Source: Anaerolineae bacterium (GTDB lineage: Bacteria > Chloroflexota > Anaerolineae > B4-G1 > DUEL01). Taken from it: a stretch of 64,000 nucleotides of DNA. The position numbers and the translations under genes are program-made. The stretch is taken from NCBI GenBank assembly GCA_041082215.1, contig JBDOIF010000093.1:69504-133503 (forward strand). Direction: 5' to 3'. Positions 1 through 10,432 of the stretch are shown here, piece after piece; within the stretch, counting starts at the first letter, position 1, and the number at the start of each line of letters is the position of its first letter. The notes below the pieces were generated by a model. It was not told where the DNA came from. It searched no databases and worked only from the letters and a program-made list of their open reading frames with translations.

Positions 1-983
1 AGCCCCTCAACCCCCGGCTCCAGCTCGACGAAGGCCCCGAACTCCGTGAGGCGGATGACCCGGCCCTCGACGAGTTGATTGCTCGCGTATTTCTCCTCCA
101 CCCGCTCCCAGGGGTCCTGCATGGTCTTGCGGATACTCAGGCCGATCCGCTCCCGCTCCCGGTCCACCTCAAGGACCTCGACTTCCACTTCATCTCCCAC
201 CCGGAACAGCTCATGAGGGTTGTCCACGTGCTGCCACGAAAGTTCGGAGATATGGACCAGCCCGTCCACTCCCCCCAGATCCACAAAGACGCCGAAGTCG
301 GTGATGCTGGAGACCGTTCCCCGGCGGCGCTGCCCCACCGCCAGCTCCCCCAGCAGCCGCTCCTTCCGCATCCGCTGCCAGGTCCGGTAAGCCTGGCGCT
401 GGGAGAAGATCAGCCGACGCCGTCGCCGGTCCACCTCAATCACGCGCAATCCGATGGGCTGGCCCACCATCGCGGCCAGGCGTTCGCGGCGCTCCGTCTC
501 CCTCATACCACGCGGAAGGCCGACGATATGGGAAACAGGGACAAAACCGCGGATGCGGCCGAAGCGGACCGTCAGGCCGCCCCGGTTATAACCCGCCACT
601 TCGGTCTCATAAATTTCGCCGCTCTGGAGCAGCCGCTCCGCTTCCAGCCAGTCCTCTTCCAGGCGGGCCTGATAGACCGACACCTCCAGGTAGGGGACGT
701 CGTCCCGGCTATCGAGGATCATGACCGGCACCTTGTCGCCAGCGGCCACCTCTCCCATCTTTGCCCGCCGCAACTGGCGCAGGTCCTGCGCCGGAGCGAA
801 CCCCTCCCGCTTGAGGCCGAGGTCAATGTACGCCCCCTCATCTGTGACCTCGATCACCCGCCCCATACGAATATCCCCACGCCTGGCGGTATAGTCCCCC
901 TCCTCCTTCAGGAGGCTCTCCATATCGAATTCCGGCTCCGGCCTGGATGGCGGCCCGGGTTCGGAGTAGGGTTCAGAATGCAT
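1..983 (-). CDS. rpsA: 30S ribosomal protein S1 (partial, runs off left edge)
   Basis: Manual translation from ATG at 983 (GAGAGG SD): repeated S1 domains (GAYIDLGLKREGF, ITDFGVFVDLGGVDGLVHISELSW, LTEFGAFVELEPGVEG). Absent from the ORF track because there is no stop in the window. Confidence 0.9.
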   Translation of the reverse strand, partial: MHSEPYSEPGPPSRPEPEFDMESLLKEEGDYTARRGDIRMGRVIEVTDEGAYIDLGLKREGFAPAQDLRQLRRAKMGEVAAGDKVPVMILDSRDDVPYLEVSVYQARLEEDWLEAERLLQSGEIYETEVAGYNRGGLTVRFGRIRGFVPVSHIVGLPRGMRETERRERLAAMVGQPIGLRVIEVDRRRRRLIFSQRQAYRTWQRMRKERLLGELAVGQRRRGTVSSITDFGVFVDLGGVDGLVHISELSWQHVDNPHELFRVGDEVEVEVLEVDRERERIGLSIRKTMQDPWERVEEKYASNQLVEGRVIRLTEFGAFVELEPGVEG

Positions 984-1002
984 AGGCTACCTCTCTTGAT
1001 TC

Positions 1003-1199
1003 AGACACCCGCCACACAAAAACACCCGGCCTCGCCAACGCCTTTTACCGCCGCGCAGGCGATGCCGGGTTCGGGGCCTCAGCCCAGCACCGCTTCGTCC
1101 ACCGCTTCGCTTCGCGAACGTCTCTTGCCGTACCTCCCTACGAAGGCCAACTCCGACAGCAGGGACGGTTCTAATCCATACTACGCGGGGCGGGTATCT
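1003..1199 (-). ncRNA. Candidate structured RNA (rpsA 5' leader or 6S-like RNA)
   Basis: Ends pair (AGAUACCCGCC / GGCGGGUGUCU); internal 11-bp stem GCGGUGCUGGG / CCCGGCAUCGC; lies between a promoter and the rpsA SD. Confidence 0.45.
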
Positions 1200-1214
1200 C
1201 AAAATGTTGTCGCT

Positions 1215-1242
1215 ATTTTATCATGCCAGCGAAGAAAGTCAA
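1215..1242 (-). promoter_or_regulatory. Sigma70-type promoter for the leader/rpsA
   Basis: TTGACT-16 nt-TAAAAT with TGn extension. Confidence 0.7.
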
Positions 1243-1389
1243 ATAGCAAAGCCCGGCAGGCGTATTTCAGTTTGGGGGCGAGATGTCCCTGGCCCGGGCC
1301 GGACCTGGGAAAACACGAATAGCGCGAATGGGAACGAATACCACTCGCCTTGAAATTGAAATACGCCCAGCCCGCCTGCCTGCACTGTA

Positions 1390-1923
1390 TCACTCGCAGA
1401 CAAGGGAAAGGCCGGCTACTTCCGCCACCAGTCGGGCCAGCTCGCGGATCGGCTCCTCCACATCTCCCTCGGCCAGCCGCCAGACCTCTCCCCCTTCCCC
1501 TGTCAGCTCCACCGTCCATCGGGTTGCCTCCACTCCCGGGCCCTCCCGCCAGTACCGGCGGCGACACCGGATGCCCCCTGCCGCTGCCAGAGGCACCCGT
1601 ATGCCGTGGGATCGGGGAGGGAGCAGGTAGGACCGTTCGGCGCGGAACTCCCCTATCTCCAGATCCACTGCAATCCGCTCCCGACGGGGAACGAAGTAGA
1701 GCGCCAGCAGGCTGATCCCGGCCGCGACCACAGCCGTTGCAACAGCGATATAGAGCCGCGTCCCTCCAAGCCACGGGGCGACCGCAACGGCGATGAGGAC
1801 GACCGTCCCCCAAACCACCCCAACTGCAACGAGGGGCTTCCCCCGGGCCTCCACGACCAGCCGTCTTGCCGTGCGCTCCACAACCAGGTACCGGCCGAGC
1901 CTACGCCCCTTTTCCTCTGCCAC
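1390..1923 (-). CDS. Hypothetical membrane protein (2 TM plus beta-rich domain)
   Basis: GTG at 1923 after GGGGAGGT SD, overlapping the kinase 3' end; two hydrophobic segments. Confidence 0.7.
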   Translation of the reverse strand: MAEEKGRRLGRYLVVERTARRLVVEARGKPLVAVGVVWGTVVLIAVAVAPWLGGTRLYIAVATAVVAAGISLLALYFVPRRERIAVDLEIGEFRAERSYLLPPRSHGIRVPLAAAGGIRCRRRYWREGPGVEATRWTVELTGEGGEVWRLAEGDVEEPIRELARLVAEVAGLSLVCE

Positions 1924-3349
1924 GCCCACCTCCCCGGGGTCTGACCTCCTCCTGCCCGGGAGCCGGCAGCCGCACCGTGAAGCGGCTGCCCTCCCCCACC
2001 CTGCTCTCGGCGGTGATCTCCCCGCCGTGCCGGTGGACCACCTCACGGGCGATGGAGAGGCCGAGGCCCACTCCACCTCTGCGCTGGCGGGACTTGTCCG
2101 CCTGGTAGAACCGCTCAAAGATACGGTCCAGGTCCTGGGGGGGAATGCCCTCTCCCGTATCGCTCACCGTCACCTCGACCCACCTGCCGGCCGGGCGGGC
2201 CGTCACCTCCACCCGCCCGCCGCGGGTATGGCGGATGGCGTTATCCAGCAGATTAACGAAGACCTGGGTCAGCCAGTCGGGATCGCCCACGACGGACACC
2301 TCTTCTGCGACAGAAAGCTCCAGCACGTCGTCCGCGGCCCTTGCCTGGGGGGCCATCCGTTCCACACAACTTTCCAAAAGCAGCCGCAGGTCAACCTGTT
2401 GCCGGGCCAGCTCCATCTCCCCGGCATCGAAGCGGGCCAGGCTGAGCAGCTCATCCACCATCCGACGCATCCGCTCCGCTTCGTCGTAAATGATGCGGGC
2501 AGAGCGCGTAATCATCGCCGCATCTGCCGCCGTCCCGTCAAGGATGGCCTGCGAAAACCCCTGCACAGAGGTCAGAGGGGTCTTCAGCTCATGGGAGATA
2601 TTGACCACCAGGTCCTGCTGGGCCCGCTGGACAGCAGCCACCCGGTCCGCCATCTGATTGAACGCACGGGCCAGGTCCCGGACCTCCTGGGGGCCGGAGA
2701 CGAGGGTCCGGTATTCCAGATTCCCCCGGGCGATGGCCCTGGCCGCCTCCGCCACCCGCTCGAGCGGCCTGGCGATGGAGCGGCTCACCAGCCAGGCCAG
2801 GAGGACGGAGAGGACGAGGGCCACCAGCCCGGCCTCCACCAGCGGAGGGAGGAGGTTCTGGGCAAACCAGGAGAGCATCAGCAGGCGAGGCTGAGGGGAC
2901 AGGAAGAGAAGGAGCACCGGATGCCGGTCTGGTCCGCGGATCGTCCTGGCCACGAAAGCCCAGCGGCCGCCGGGTGAAACGACGAACGTGCCCCGCCCTC
3001 CCTCCCAGGGGAACCGCATCCGGGCCAGCTCCTCCAGCCGCTCCCCCTCCCAGGCCTCCGCGCTGTCGAAACGGACCGTCCCCCCGGCGTCCAGCAGCAA
3101 CAGGCGGACCCCGTACTCCTCTGCCGCCCCCGATAGCAGCGCCTCCAGCTCCTCGGTGGGGGGAGTTCCCAGCGGCCCCAGGCGGGTCGTCACCGCCCGC
3201 GCCGCCACCTCCAGCCGCAGGTAGACAGTCCCGGTCCACAAAGGGCTGCTCCACACGAACAGGAGCAGCCCCAGCCCGACCAGCACCAGGCAGACCAGGA
3301 TGATGGAGAAATAGGAAAGCAGCAGGCGACCGTTCAGGCTCCGAAACAT
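1901..3349 (-). CDS. Sensor histidine kinase (2 TM, HAMP, HisKA, HATPase)
   Basis: SHELKTPLT H-box, NLLDNAIRH, DTGEGI, GVGLGLSI. Confidence 0.95.
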   Translation of the reverse strand: MFRSLNGRLLLSYFSIILVCLVLVGLGLLLFVWSSPLWTGTVYLRLEVAARAVTTRLGPLGTPPTEELEALLSGAAEEYGVRLLLLDAGGTVRFDSAEAWEGERLEELARMRFPWEGGRGTFVVSPGGRWAFVARTIRGPDRHPVLLLFLSPQPRLLMLSWFAQNLLPPLVEAGLVALVLSVLLAWLVSRSIARPLERVAEAARAIARGNLEYRTLVSGPQEVRDLARAFNQMADRVAAVQRAQQDLVVNISHELKTPLTSVQGFSQAILDGTAADAAMITRSARIIYDEAERMRRMVDELLSLARFDAGEMELARQQVDLRLLLESCVERMAPQARAADDVLELSVAEEVSVVGDPDWLTQVFVNLLDNAIRHTRGGRVEVTARPAGRWVEVTVSDTGEGIPPQDLDRIFERFYQADKSRQRRGGVGLGLSIAREVVHRHGGEITAESRVGEGSRFTVRLPAPGQEEVRPRGGGRGRGKGA

Positions 3350-3362
3350 CGGATATTCGGAC

Positions 3363-4046
3363 TCAGGTGACGAGCTTGTAGCCGATCCCCAGGACCGTCT
3401 CGATCTTCACGCTGGAACCGCTCAGCTTCTTGCGCAACTGGGCGATGTGGACATCCACGGTGCGAGTCTCGCCGTAGAAATCGTACCCCCACACGTGGTC
3501 GAGCAGTTGCTGACGGCTGAGGACCATTCCCTGATGCTCGGCGAGGGTGCGCAGGAGGTCGAACTCCTTGGGCCGCAGTTGGATCGGCTGTCCGGCCACG
3601 GTGACGGTATGCCGGGCAGGGTCAATGACCACATCGCCGATGTGGATAAGCGTTTGAGGCTGTCCGATCCGGGAGACCCGGCGCAGGATCGCCTTCACCC
3701 GCGCCGTCAGCTCGCGGGGGTTGAAGGGCTTGGTCACATAGTCGTCCGCCCCCAGCTCCAGCCCCACGATTTTGTCCACGTCATCGTCGCGGGCGGTGAG
3801 GATGATGATGGGCAGATCGGGGGCGGTCGTGCCGGAGCGGATACGGCGGCAGACCTCCCAGCCATCCACTCCGGGGAGCATCAGGTCGAGGATAAGCACG
3901 GCGGGCGGCTGGCGGGCGATCGTCTCCAGTGCCTTCGCCCCATCCCTGGCCGCAACGACGCGGAACCCTTCCTGCTCCAGGTACATCCGCGCCAGCTCGA
4001 CGATGTTCTCCTCATCGTCGGCGATCAACACCGTCTCGCCCGCCAT
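3363..4046 (-). CDS. OmpR/PhoB-family response regulator
   Basis: ADDE, LDLMLP, GADDYVTKPF, RTVDVHIAQLRKKL winged helix. Confidence 0.95.
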   Translation of the reverse strand: MAGETVLIADDEENIVELARMYLEQEGFRVVAARDGAKALETIARQPPAVLILDLMLPGVDGWEVCRRIRSGTTAPDLPIIILTARDDDVDKIVGLELGADDYVTKPFNPRELTARVKAILRRVSRIGQPQTLIHIGDVVIDPARHTVTVAGQPIQLRPKEFDLLRTLAEHQGMVLSRQQLLDHVWGYDFYGETRTVDVHIAQLRKKLSGSSVKIETVLGIGYKLVT

Positions 4047-4058
4047 CGGCTCCCTGTC

Positions 4059-4475
4059 CTACGCGCAGCCACACGCCTCCGGCGAAGCGCAGTCGCAGGC
4101 CTCGGCCACAGCTTCGATCTCCACCCGGGCTCCAAGCGGAAGGGCCGCCACCTGTACAGCCGAACGGGCAGGCGGCTCCTCGGGGAAGAACTCCGCATAC
4201 ACCCCGTTCATTCGGGAAAACTCGCCGATATCCTGCAGGAAGACAGTGGTTTTGACCACGTGGCGCAGGCAGGAACCGGCCGCCTCCAGGACAGCCTTCA
4301 GGTTCTCCAGCGCCTGCCGGGTCTGCGCCTCCACATCCTCTCCGGCGAACTCCCTTGTGCCCGGGACGATGCCCAGTTGACCGGCGGTGTAGATCAGATC
4401 GCCGATCCGTACCGCCTGGGAATAAGGGCCGACGGCCGCGGGAGCCTTGTCGGTGGCCACGATTTCCTTGCTCAT
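4059..4475 (-). CDS. ridA: RidA/YjgF family deaminase with Cys-rich tail
   Basis: APAAVGPYSQA, TAGQLG, PPARSAVQVAALP, VEIEAVA; ATG at 4475 after GGAGG. Confidence 0.9.
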   Translation of the reverse strand: MSKEIVATDKAPAAVGPYSQAVRIGDLIYTAGQLGIVPGTREFAGEDVEAQTRQALENLKAVLEAAGSCLRHVVKTTVFLQDIGEFSRMNGVYAEFFPEEPPARSAVQVAALPLGARVEIEAVAEACDCASPEACGCA

Positions 4476-4491
4476 GCCTCTACCTCCTGTC

Positions 4492-7400
4492 CTACACATC
4501 CAGGTTGCGCACCTCGCGGGCGTGGGTCTGGATGAATCGGCGGCGGGGCGGGACGGCGCTTCCCATCAGCATGGTGAATACCCGGTCGGCGGCCGCCGCG
4601 TCTTCCACGGTGACCTGGAGGAGCGTCCGCCGCTCGGGGTCCATCGTTGTCTCCCAGAGCTGCTCGGGGTTCATCTCGCCGAGGCCCTTATATCGCTGAA
4701 GGGTGGCCTTTTGTCCCTTCAGCTCCTCCATCAGCCGGTCCTTCTCCGCATCCGAGTAGGCGTAGTACACCTTCTTGCCGGTGGCGATGCGGTAGAGGGG
4801 AGGCTGGGCGATAAAGAGGTGGCCCTCCTCGACAAGGGTCGGCATATACCGGTAAAAGAAGGTCAGAAGCAGCGTGCGGATGTGGGCCCCGTCCACGTCG
4901 GCATCGGTATTATGACAACACAGGCCGCCCAGGCCGCAGATAAAGTTCTCATCCCCATCCACGGAGAAGTCGTATACCTTCCCGTTTGTCGCCGCCACTC
5001 TCCGGACGGATCGCACAGGCAGCGCAATCAGGTCGCCAATGGCAGTGGCATATCGGCCCTGTGCTTTGTTACAAGGGGACCGCATTTTGTCTGTCAGCCT
5101 GTCCGCCAGGTGGTGATCGGTCCAGATAGGCCGCAGGCGCTCCAGGCACTCTTTTGCCGTGACGGTGAGGACGTAGGCGGGATGTCGTTGAACGACGGTT
5201 TTTCCTCTTACAGTACCGCTGGGCTCGCCGCTGGGGATATGGATGTGGAGGGATGCCAGGGCCTGGTGGACCTGCAAAAGGTAGATCAACTGGCCAGCCA
5301 GTTCCAAGGAGACAGTGGACATCGCAATACCGCTGCGGCTCACCGTACCGTCTCCCAGGAAATATCCTCGCAGAAAAGCCAGTTGCAGTTCGGGGGTAAC
5401 ATTGAAGACCAGGTCAGGAATCCGCTTCGTCGTGGCATCCATTTCGTCCCGGCCGAAAAGACACCGAAATGTCAGGACGACGACGCGGTTCAGGACGCGC
5501 AATTCTGAGACCCGCTCTCTGGAATGGTACAGGCGCGGCTCAACACCGAATGTATCCCGCCAGGCCTGGACAAGTTCATCCGCCAGGGCCTGATTGTTTT
5601 TCCCAAGTGCCAGACGAATGCCGCCGCGACGGCTGATACTCCCCTCGGCGACAAAGAAGCCTAGCAGGACCATCAGGTGCTCGTTGATCGGAATGAATCG
5701 CTGAATTGGCCGGTCGGCGTAATGGATTGGGGTGAGTTCCAGAGGATGGCCGTCTAAGAGAGACAGGTCTTCCAGGGACAGTTCCCTTAAGGGAAGATAC
5801 CGTCGCACCCGATTGGCTGGCGACCCCCGATACTGGCTTTCCCAGATAAGGGCCCGGAGATTCTCCCCGATCTCTACGCGGGCCTCCACCAACTGGGGAC
5901 GGTCGGCATACTCGTTCCGAACGCGTGCCTTCAGCAGTTCTTCAACCCCTTTCCCACGCACCATGACTTCTGTATCCCCCACGTGCTCCAGGTGTTCCAG
6001 AAACAGGCGGAGCAGGTCCAGGTGGCGCGGCGGGTCGGCGGTATGTAGAGGGAGCCGATAGGGTGCTACCACCAGATCACCGGGATGGATTCGGTCACCC
6101 CGTTCCAGCACAACGCGGCCATCCCGGTAGAGATAGACGCTGTGGGAAGCCGTGACGCGTACCCGGCGCCCGTATGCCGTCTCAATCTCATAAAGCGGCT
6201 CATCTACCGGATGTGAAATGGCGGCCTTCAGGGGACGGAAGCGAATCTGCCCGCTCTCCGGATCAAAACAGAGCACCTGATAACCGGTGGCGTCATGCTG
6301 GTTATCTATGAACAACCCAACGCGGACACATCGGATAGTGCCCTGGGGATCGCGCACAAAGGTCATCTCGTCCCCATCTACACTCATCAGAATGACCCGG
6401 TTGTAGCGCAGGTTTTCCAGGTTAAACTGATCCCCAATCCCCGTCCCCAGAGCAGAGATGAGGGCCTGGATTTCCTTGCTGGAGAGGACTTTGTTGATGC
6501 TGGCCCGTTCGGTGTTGAGGATTTTGCCCCGCAACGGCAGGACCGCCTGGAAGTGCCGGTCCCGACCCTGCTTGGCACTCCCACCGGCGCTGTCCCCCTC
6601 GACGATGAACAGCTCCGTCCGTGCCGGGTCCCGTTCCGAACAGTCGGCCAGCTTCCCCGGCAACGTCATGCTCTCCAGCACACTCTTGCGGATCACCAGG
6701 TCCCGCGCCTGACGGGCGGCCGCGCGGGCGTGGGAGGAGACGAGGCACTTCTCCACAATCCGCTTCGCCGAGGCCGGGTCCCGTTCCAGAAACTCGGAGA
6801 AGGCCTCGGCGACCACCGATTCGACAATGGCCTTGACCTCGGCGTTCATCAACTTGACCTTGGTCTGCGACTCAAACTGGGGGTCGGGGTGCTTGACGCT
6901 GACAATGGCGGTCAGCCCTTCCCGCACGTCATCCCCTGAGAAGTTGGCGTCCTTTTCCTTCAGCAGCCCGGCCTTTCGGGCGTAATCGTTGATGGTGCGG
7001 GTCAGGGCGGACCGGAGGCCGGTGAGGTGCGTGCCGCCATCCACAGTGTGGATGGTGTTGGCGAAGGGGTACACCGACTCGCTGTAAGAGTCGGTGTACT
7101 GGATCGCCACCTCCACCCCCACCCCATCCACCTCCCGTTCCATATAGACAGGAGGGTGCAGAGGGGTTCGGTTCCGGTTGAGGTAACGGACGAATGAGAG
7201 GATGCCCCCTTCGAAGTAGAAGGTCATCTGCTGGGGGAAGTCGTCGGGCCGCTCGTCAATCAGGCGGATCGTGACCCCCCGGGTGACGAAGGCCATCTCC
7301 CGCATCCGCTGGGCGAGGGTCTCAAAACGGTAGGAGACCTCTTTGAAGATGGTGGGGTCAAAGCGAAAGGTGGTGGTGGTACCGGAGCGGTCCGTCTCGC

Positions 7401-7893
7401 CGATGACCTCCACCGGCCCCTCCGGCACGCCCCGACGATACCGCTGACGGTACCGCTTCCCGTCGCGGGGGTTGTCCACCACGACCTCCATCCATTCCGA
7501 AAGGGCGTTGACCGCCGAGACCCCCACGCCGTGCAGGCCGCCGGATACTTTGTAGCCCCCCCCGCCGAACTTGGCCCCGGCGTGGAGGGTGGTCATCACC
7601 AGCTGGAGAGTGGAGATCTTCTTTTCCGGATGGGGCGCGGTGGGGATCCCCCGGCCATTATCGCGGACGGTGACGCTTTCGTCTTTGTGGATCACGACCT
7701 CGATCTCGTCACAGGCTCCCGCCAGGGCCTCGTCTATGGAGTTGTCCACCACTTCGTAGACCAGGTGGTGAAGCCCCCGGATGTCGGTGCCGCCGACGTA
7801 CATACCGGGCCGCCGCCGGACCGCCTCCAGCCCTTCCAGCACCTGGACATCAGCCGCCTCGTAGCTGATCGTTCCGCTTTCCCGTTTCGCCAT
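4492..7893 (-). CDS. gyrB: DNA gyrase subunit B precursor containing an intein
   Basis: [67 protein letters not shown]; 1133 aa, about 641 aa after splicing. Confidence 0.95.
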   Translation of the reverse strand: MAKRESGTISYEAADVQVLEGLEAVRRRPGMYVGGTDIRGLHHLVYEVVDNSIDEALAGACDEIEVVIHKDESVTVRDNGRGIPTAPHPEKKISTLQLVMTTLHAGAKFGGGGYKVSGGLHGVGVSAVNALSEWMEVVVDNPRDGKRYRQRYRRGVPEGPVEVIGETDRSGTTTTFRFDPTIFKEVSYRFETLAQRMREMAFVTRGVTIRLIDERPDDFPQQMTFYFEGGILSFVRYLNRNRTPLHPPVYMEREVDGVGVEVAIQYTDSYSESVYPFANTIHTVDGGTHLTGLRSALTRTINDYARKAGLLKEKDANFSGDDVREGLTAIVSVKHPDPQFESQTKVKLMNAEVKAIVESVVAEAFSEFLERDPASAKRIVEKCLVSSHARAAARQARDLVIRKSVLESMTLPGKLADCSERDPARTELFIVEGDSAGGSAKQGRDRHFQAVLPLRGKILNTERASINKVLSSKEIQALISALGTGIGDQFNLENLRYNRVILMSVDGDEMTFVRDPQGTIRCVRVGLFIDNQHDATGYQVLCFDPESGQIRFRPLKAAISHPVDEPLYEIETAYGRRVRVTASHSVYLYRDGRVVLERGDRIHPGDLVVAPYRLPLHTADPPRHLDLLRLFLEHLEHVGDTEVMVRGKGVEELLKARVRNEYADRPQLVEARVEIGENLRALIWESQYRGSPANRVRRYLPLRELSLEDLSLLDGHPLELTPIHYADRPIQRFIPINEHLMVLLGFFVAEGSISRRGGIRLALGKNNQALADELVQAWRDTFGVEPRLYHSRERVSELRVLNRVVVLTFRCLFGRDEMDATTKRIPDLVFNVTPELQLAFLRGYFLGDGTVSRSGIAMSTVSLELAGQLIYLLQVHQALASLHIHIPSGEPSGTVRGKTVVQRHPAYVLTVTAKECLERLRPIWTDHHLADRLTDKMRSPCNKAQGRYATAIGDLIALPVRSVRRVAATNGKVYDFSVDGDENFICGLGGLCCHNTDADVDGAHIRTLLLTFFYRYMPTLVEEGHLFIAQPPLYRIATGKKVYYAYSDAEKDRLMEELKGQKATLQRYKGLGEMNPEQLWETTMDPERRTLLQVTVEDAAAADRVFTMLMGSAVPPRRRFIQTHAREVRNLDV
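4909..6384 (-). mobile_element. Intein with LAGLIDADG homing endonuclease (492 aa)
   Basis: Splits VILM|TDADVDG; starts SVDGDE; block [17 protein letters not shown] and [10 protein letters not shown]; block F VYDFSV; ends CCHN followed by Thr. Confidence 0.95.
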
Positions 7894-7973
7894 ATCGTTC
7901 CACCCCTCCGTAGCACGTTCGATTCTACCACAGGTTGGGGCAGACGAAAAGAGAACGGCCATCGCCTTTTCCA

Positions 7974-8002
7974 TTGACACCGCCCCCCCCACATGTTAGA
8001 AT
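7974..8002 (+). promoter_or_regulatory. Sigma70 promoter for iscS-mnmA
   Basis: TTGACA-17 nt-TAGAAT with TG extension; a divergent extended -10 (TGG-TAGAAT, 7922-7930) faces gyrB. Confidence 0.8.
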
Positions 8003-8021
8003 ACCCGCCGGAGGGGTTACT

Positions 8022-9182
8022 ATGGAGAAAGTCAAACGCGCCATCTATATGGACCACTCGGCCACGACGCCGGTGGACCCCCGCGTGGTGGAGGCGATGG
8101 CCCCCTACTGGACCGATGCCTTCGGCAATAGCTCGTCGGCCCACCGGTGGGGAGTGGAGGCAGCCGTTGCCCTGGAACAGGCGCGGCAGACGGTGGCAGG
8201 GCTTCTGGGCTGCCGGCCAGCCGAGATCGCCTTCACCGGCTCCGGCACCGAAGCGGACAATCTGGCCATCCGCGGCGTGGCCTGGGCCGCCCGCAGGGCC
8301 GGACGTGGCAACCATATCGTCACCAGCCCCGTCGAGCACCACGCCGTGGGCCTCACCGTTGAGCAACTGCACGACCTCTTCGGCTTCGAGGTGACAACGG
8401 TGCCGGTGGACGGGTACGGGCGGGTGGACCCCGACGACGTCCGCCACGCCATCCGACCCGATACGGCCCTGGTGAGCATTATGACCGCCAACAACGAGGT
8501 CGGCACCGTCCAGCCCATCCCGGAGATCGGCGCTATCTGCCGGGAGATGGGCGTCCCCTTTCATACCGACGCCGTCCAGGCGGCCGGCCGGCTGGAGCTG
8601 AACGTGGACCGGCTGGGGGTGGACCTGCTGGCCCTCTCGGCGCACAAGTTCTACGGCCCAAAGGGGGTCGGCCTCCTCTATATCCGGCGGGGCCTGGACC
8701 TGGTGCCCGCCCTCACCGGCGGCGGCCACGAACGGGGCCGTCGGCCGGGGACCGTCAATGTCGCTGGCGCAGTGGGGCTGGCCGAGGCGCTCCGGCTGGC
8801 GGAGGAGACGCGGGAAGAGGAAACCCGGCGCCTGCAGTCGCTGCGAGACCGACTGATCGAGGGGTTGCTGGGCTCGGTCCCGGAGGCCCGCCTCACCGGT
8901 CATCCGACCGAACGGCTCTCCCACCATGCCAGCTTCGCCTTCCGGGATGTGGACGGCACTTCGCTGGTCGTCGCTCTGGACCTGGAGGGGATCGCCGCCA
9001 GCTCCGGTGCCGCCTGCCTGGAGGGGGAGCCGGAGCCTTCGTTCGTTCTGAAGGCAATGGGCCTCCCACCGGAATGGGGGATCGGTTCCGTCCGCTTCTC
9101 GCTGGGACGGGGGAACACGGAGGCGGATGTGGAGGCAGTGCTGGAGGTCCTTCCCCGCATCGTCGCCCAACTTCGCGGCTGA
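8022..9182 (+). CDS. iscS: Cysteine desulfurase (IscS/NifS, group I)
   Basis: YMDHSATTP, FTGSGTEADN, HTDAVQ, SAHKFYGPKG, SSGAAC. Confidence 0.93.
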   Translation: MEKVKRAIYMDHSATTPVDPRVVEAMAPYWTDAFGNSSSAHRWGVEAAVALEQARQTVAGLLGCRPAEIAFTGSGTEADNLAIRGVAWAARRAGRGNHIVTSPVEHHAVGLTVEQLHDLFGFEVTTVPVDGYGRVDPDDVRHAIRPDTALVSIMTANNEVGTVQPIPEIGAICREMGVPFHTDAVQAAGRLELNVDRLGVDLLALSAHKFYGPKGVGLLYIRRGLDLVPALTGGGHERGRRPGTVNVAGAVGLAEALRLAEETREEETRRLQSLRDRLIEGLLGSVPEARLTGHPTERLSHHASFAFRDVDGTSLVVALDLEGIAASSGAACLEGEPEPSFVLKAMGLPPEWGIGSVRFSLGRGNTEADVEAVLEVLPRIVAQLRG

Positions 9183-9238
9183 ACTGGGGGACTGGGTGAT
9201 TGGGGAACTCAGGGACTGGGCAACTGGGTGACTCGGTG
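9183..9238. repeat. Imperfect 8-nt tandem repeat (ACTGGGTG-like, about 7 units)
   Basis: actggggg actgggtg attgggga actcaggg actgggca actgggtg actcggtg. Confidence 0.8.
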
Positions 9239-9250
9239 ATGAGGCACAAT

Positions 9251-10378
9251 ATGCGACACACGACACACACCGTTGTCGCCCTCAGCGGCGGGGTGGATAG
9301 CAGCGTCGCGGCGGCGTTGCTGGTGGAGCAGGGGCACACTGTAACGGGGGTGATGCTCCAGCTCTGGGCTGAGCCGGGAGCGACACGGGATAACCTCTGC
9401 TGCACCCCCGACGCAGTGGAGCGCGCCCGCGCTGTGGCCGACCTGCTGGGCATCCCTTTCTACCTGCTGGATGTGCGCGACCCGTTCCGCCGGGCAGTGG
9501 TGGATCATTTCATCGCCGAATACGCCGCCGCCCGCACCCCTAACCCCTGCATCCCCTGCAATCGGGAGGTCCGCTTCGGCCTCCTCCTCCGCTGGGCGCA
9601 GGAGCGCGGCGCCCAATTCATCGCCACGGGCCACTACGCCCGCGTGCGGCGGGTCGGCGAGCGGTACGAATTGCTGCGCGGCCGCGATCCCGCCAAGGAC
9701 CAGTCCTACGTCCTCCACGCCCTCACCCAGGAGCAACTGGCCCACGTCCTCTTCCCCCTGGGCGAACTGACCAAGGAGGAGGTGCGCCAGATCGCGCGGC
9801 GCAAGGGACTGCCGGTGGCGGAGCAGCCGGAAAGCCAGGACATCTGCTTCCTGGCCGACGGGGACTACCGCCGCTTCCTGGCCCAGGAGGCCCCCGACGT
9901 AGTCCGACCCGGCCCCATCCTGGACACCTCCGGCCGGGTGCTGGGCCAGCACCAGGGGCTGGTCAACTACACTGTCGGCCAGCGGAAGGGGATCGGCCTG
10001 GCTGTGCCGGAACCGCTATACGTGCTCGCGCTCGACCCGGAGCGGAACGCGCTGATCGTCGGACGGGAGGAGGAGCTGGGGCAGGAGACGTGCCTCGTGG
10101 CCGGTATGCACTACATCTCCGGCGAAGAGCCGCCCGGCCCCTTCACCGCCACCGCCAAGATCCGCTACCGCCACCGGGAGGTGGAGGCGGAGGCAACCCC
10201 CCTGCCGGACCACTGGCTGCGGGTCCGCTTTGCCGAGCCCCAGCGGGATGTGACCCCAGGCCAGTACCTGGTCCTCTACCAGGGGGAGGTCGTCCTCGGC
10301 GGCGGTGTGATTGCGGAGGGAGGGCCGTCCGTCCGGGATCGAACCCATTTGCGCACGGGGGAAATCGTGTTAAAATGA
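9251..10378 (+). CDS. mnmA: tRNA 2-thiouridine(34) synthase
   Basis: ALSGGVDSS, TPNPCIPCN, ATGHYAR, KDQSY, ESQDICF, YTVGQRKG, TPGQ; alternative start 9239. Confidence 0.95.
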   Translation: MRHTTHTVVALSGGVDSSVAAALLVEQGHTVTGVMLQLWAEPGATRDNLCCTPDAVERARAVADLLGIPFYLLDVRDPFRRAVVDHFIAEYAAARTPNPCIPCNREVRFGLLLRWAQERGAQFIATGHYARVRRVGERYELLRGRDPAKDQSYVLHALTQEQLAHVLFPLGELTKEEVRQIARRKGLPVAEQPESQDICFLADGDYRRFLAQEAPDVVRPGPILDTSGRVLGQHQGLVNYTVGQRKGIGLAVPEPLYVLALDPERNALIVGREEELGQETCLVAGMHYISGEEPPGPFTATAKIRYRHREVEAEATPLPDHWLRVRFAEPQRDVTPGQYLVLYQGEVVLGGGVIAEGGPSVRDRTHLRTGEIVLK

Positions 10379-10432
10379 CAAACGTTACACACCTGCCGCA
10401 GACGAGGCGCCGCGGAAGCACGGAGGGTAACC

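Noticed and set aside
1040..1100. c-di-AMP (ydaO) riboswitch suggested by CCCGAACCCG
   Set aside because: Other hallmark segments (GCUGAAUC, CAGCUAACC) are not seen.
75..1322. 415-aa plus-strand ORF
   Set aside because: Antisense shadow of rpsA; no recognisable motifs.
4492..7893. ParE or a gyrB pseudogene
   Set aside because: The frame is intact, the extra length is explained by the intein, and the motifs fit GyrB; gyrA being elsewhere is not unusual.
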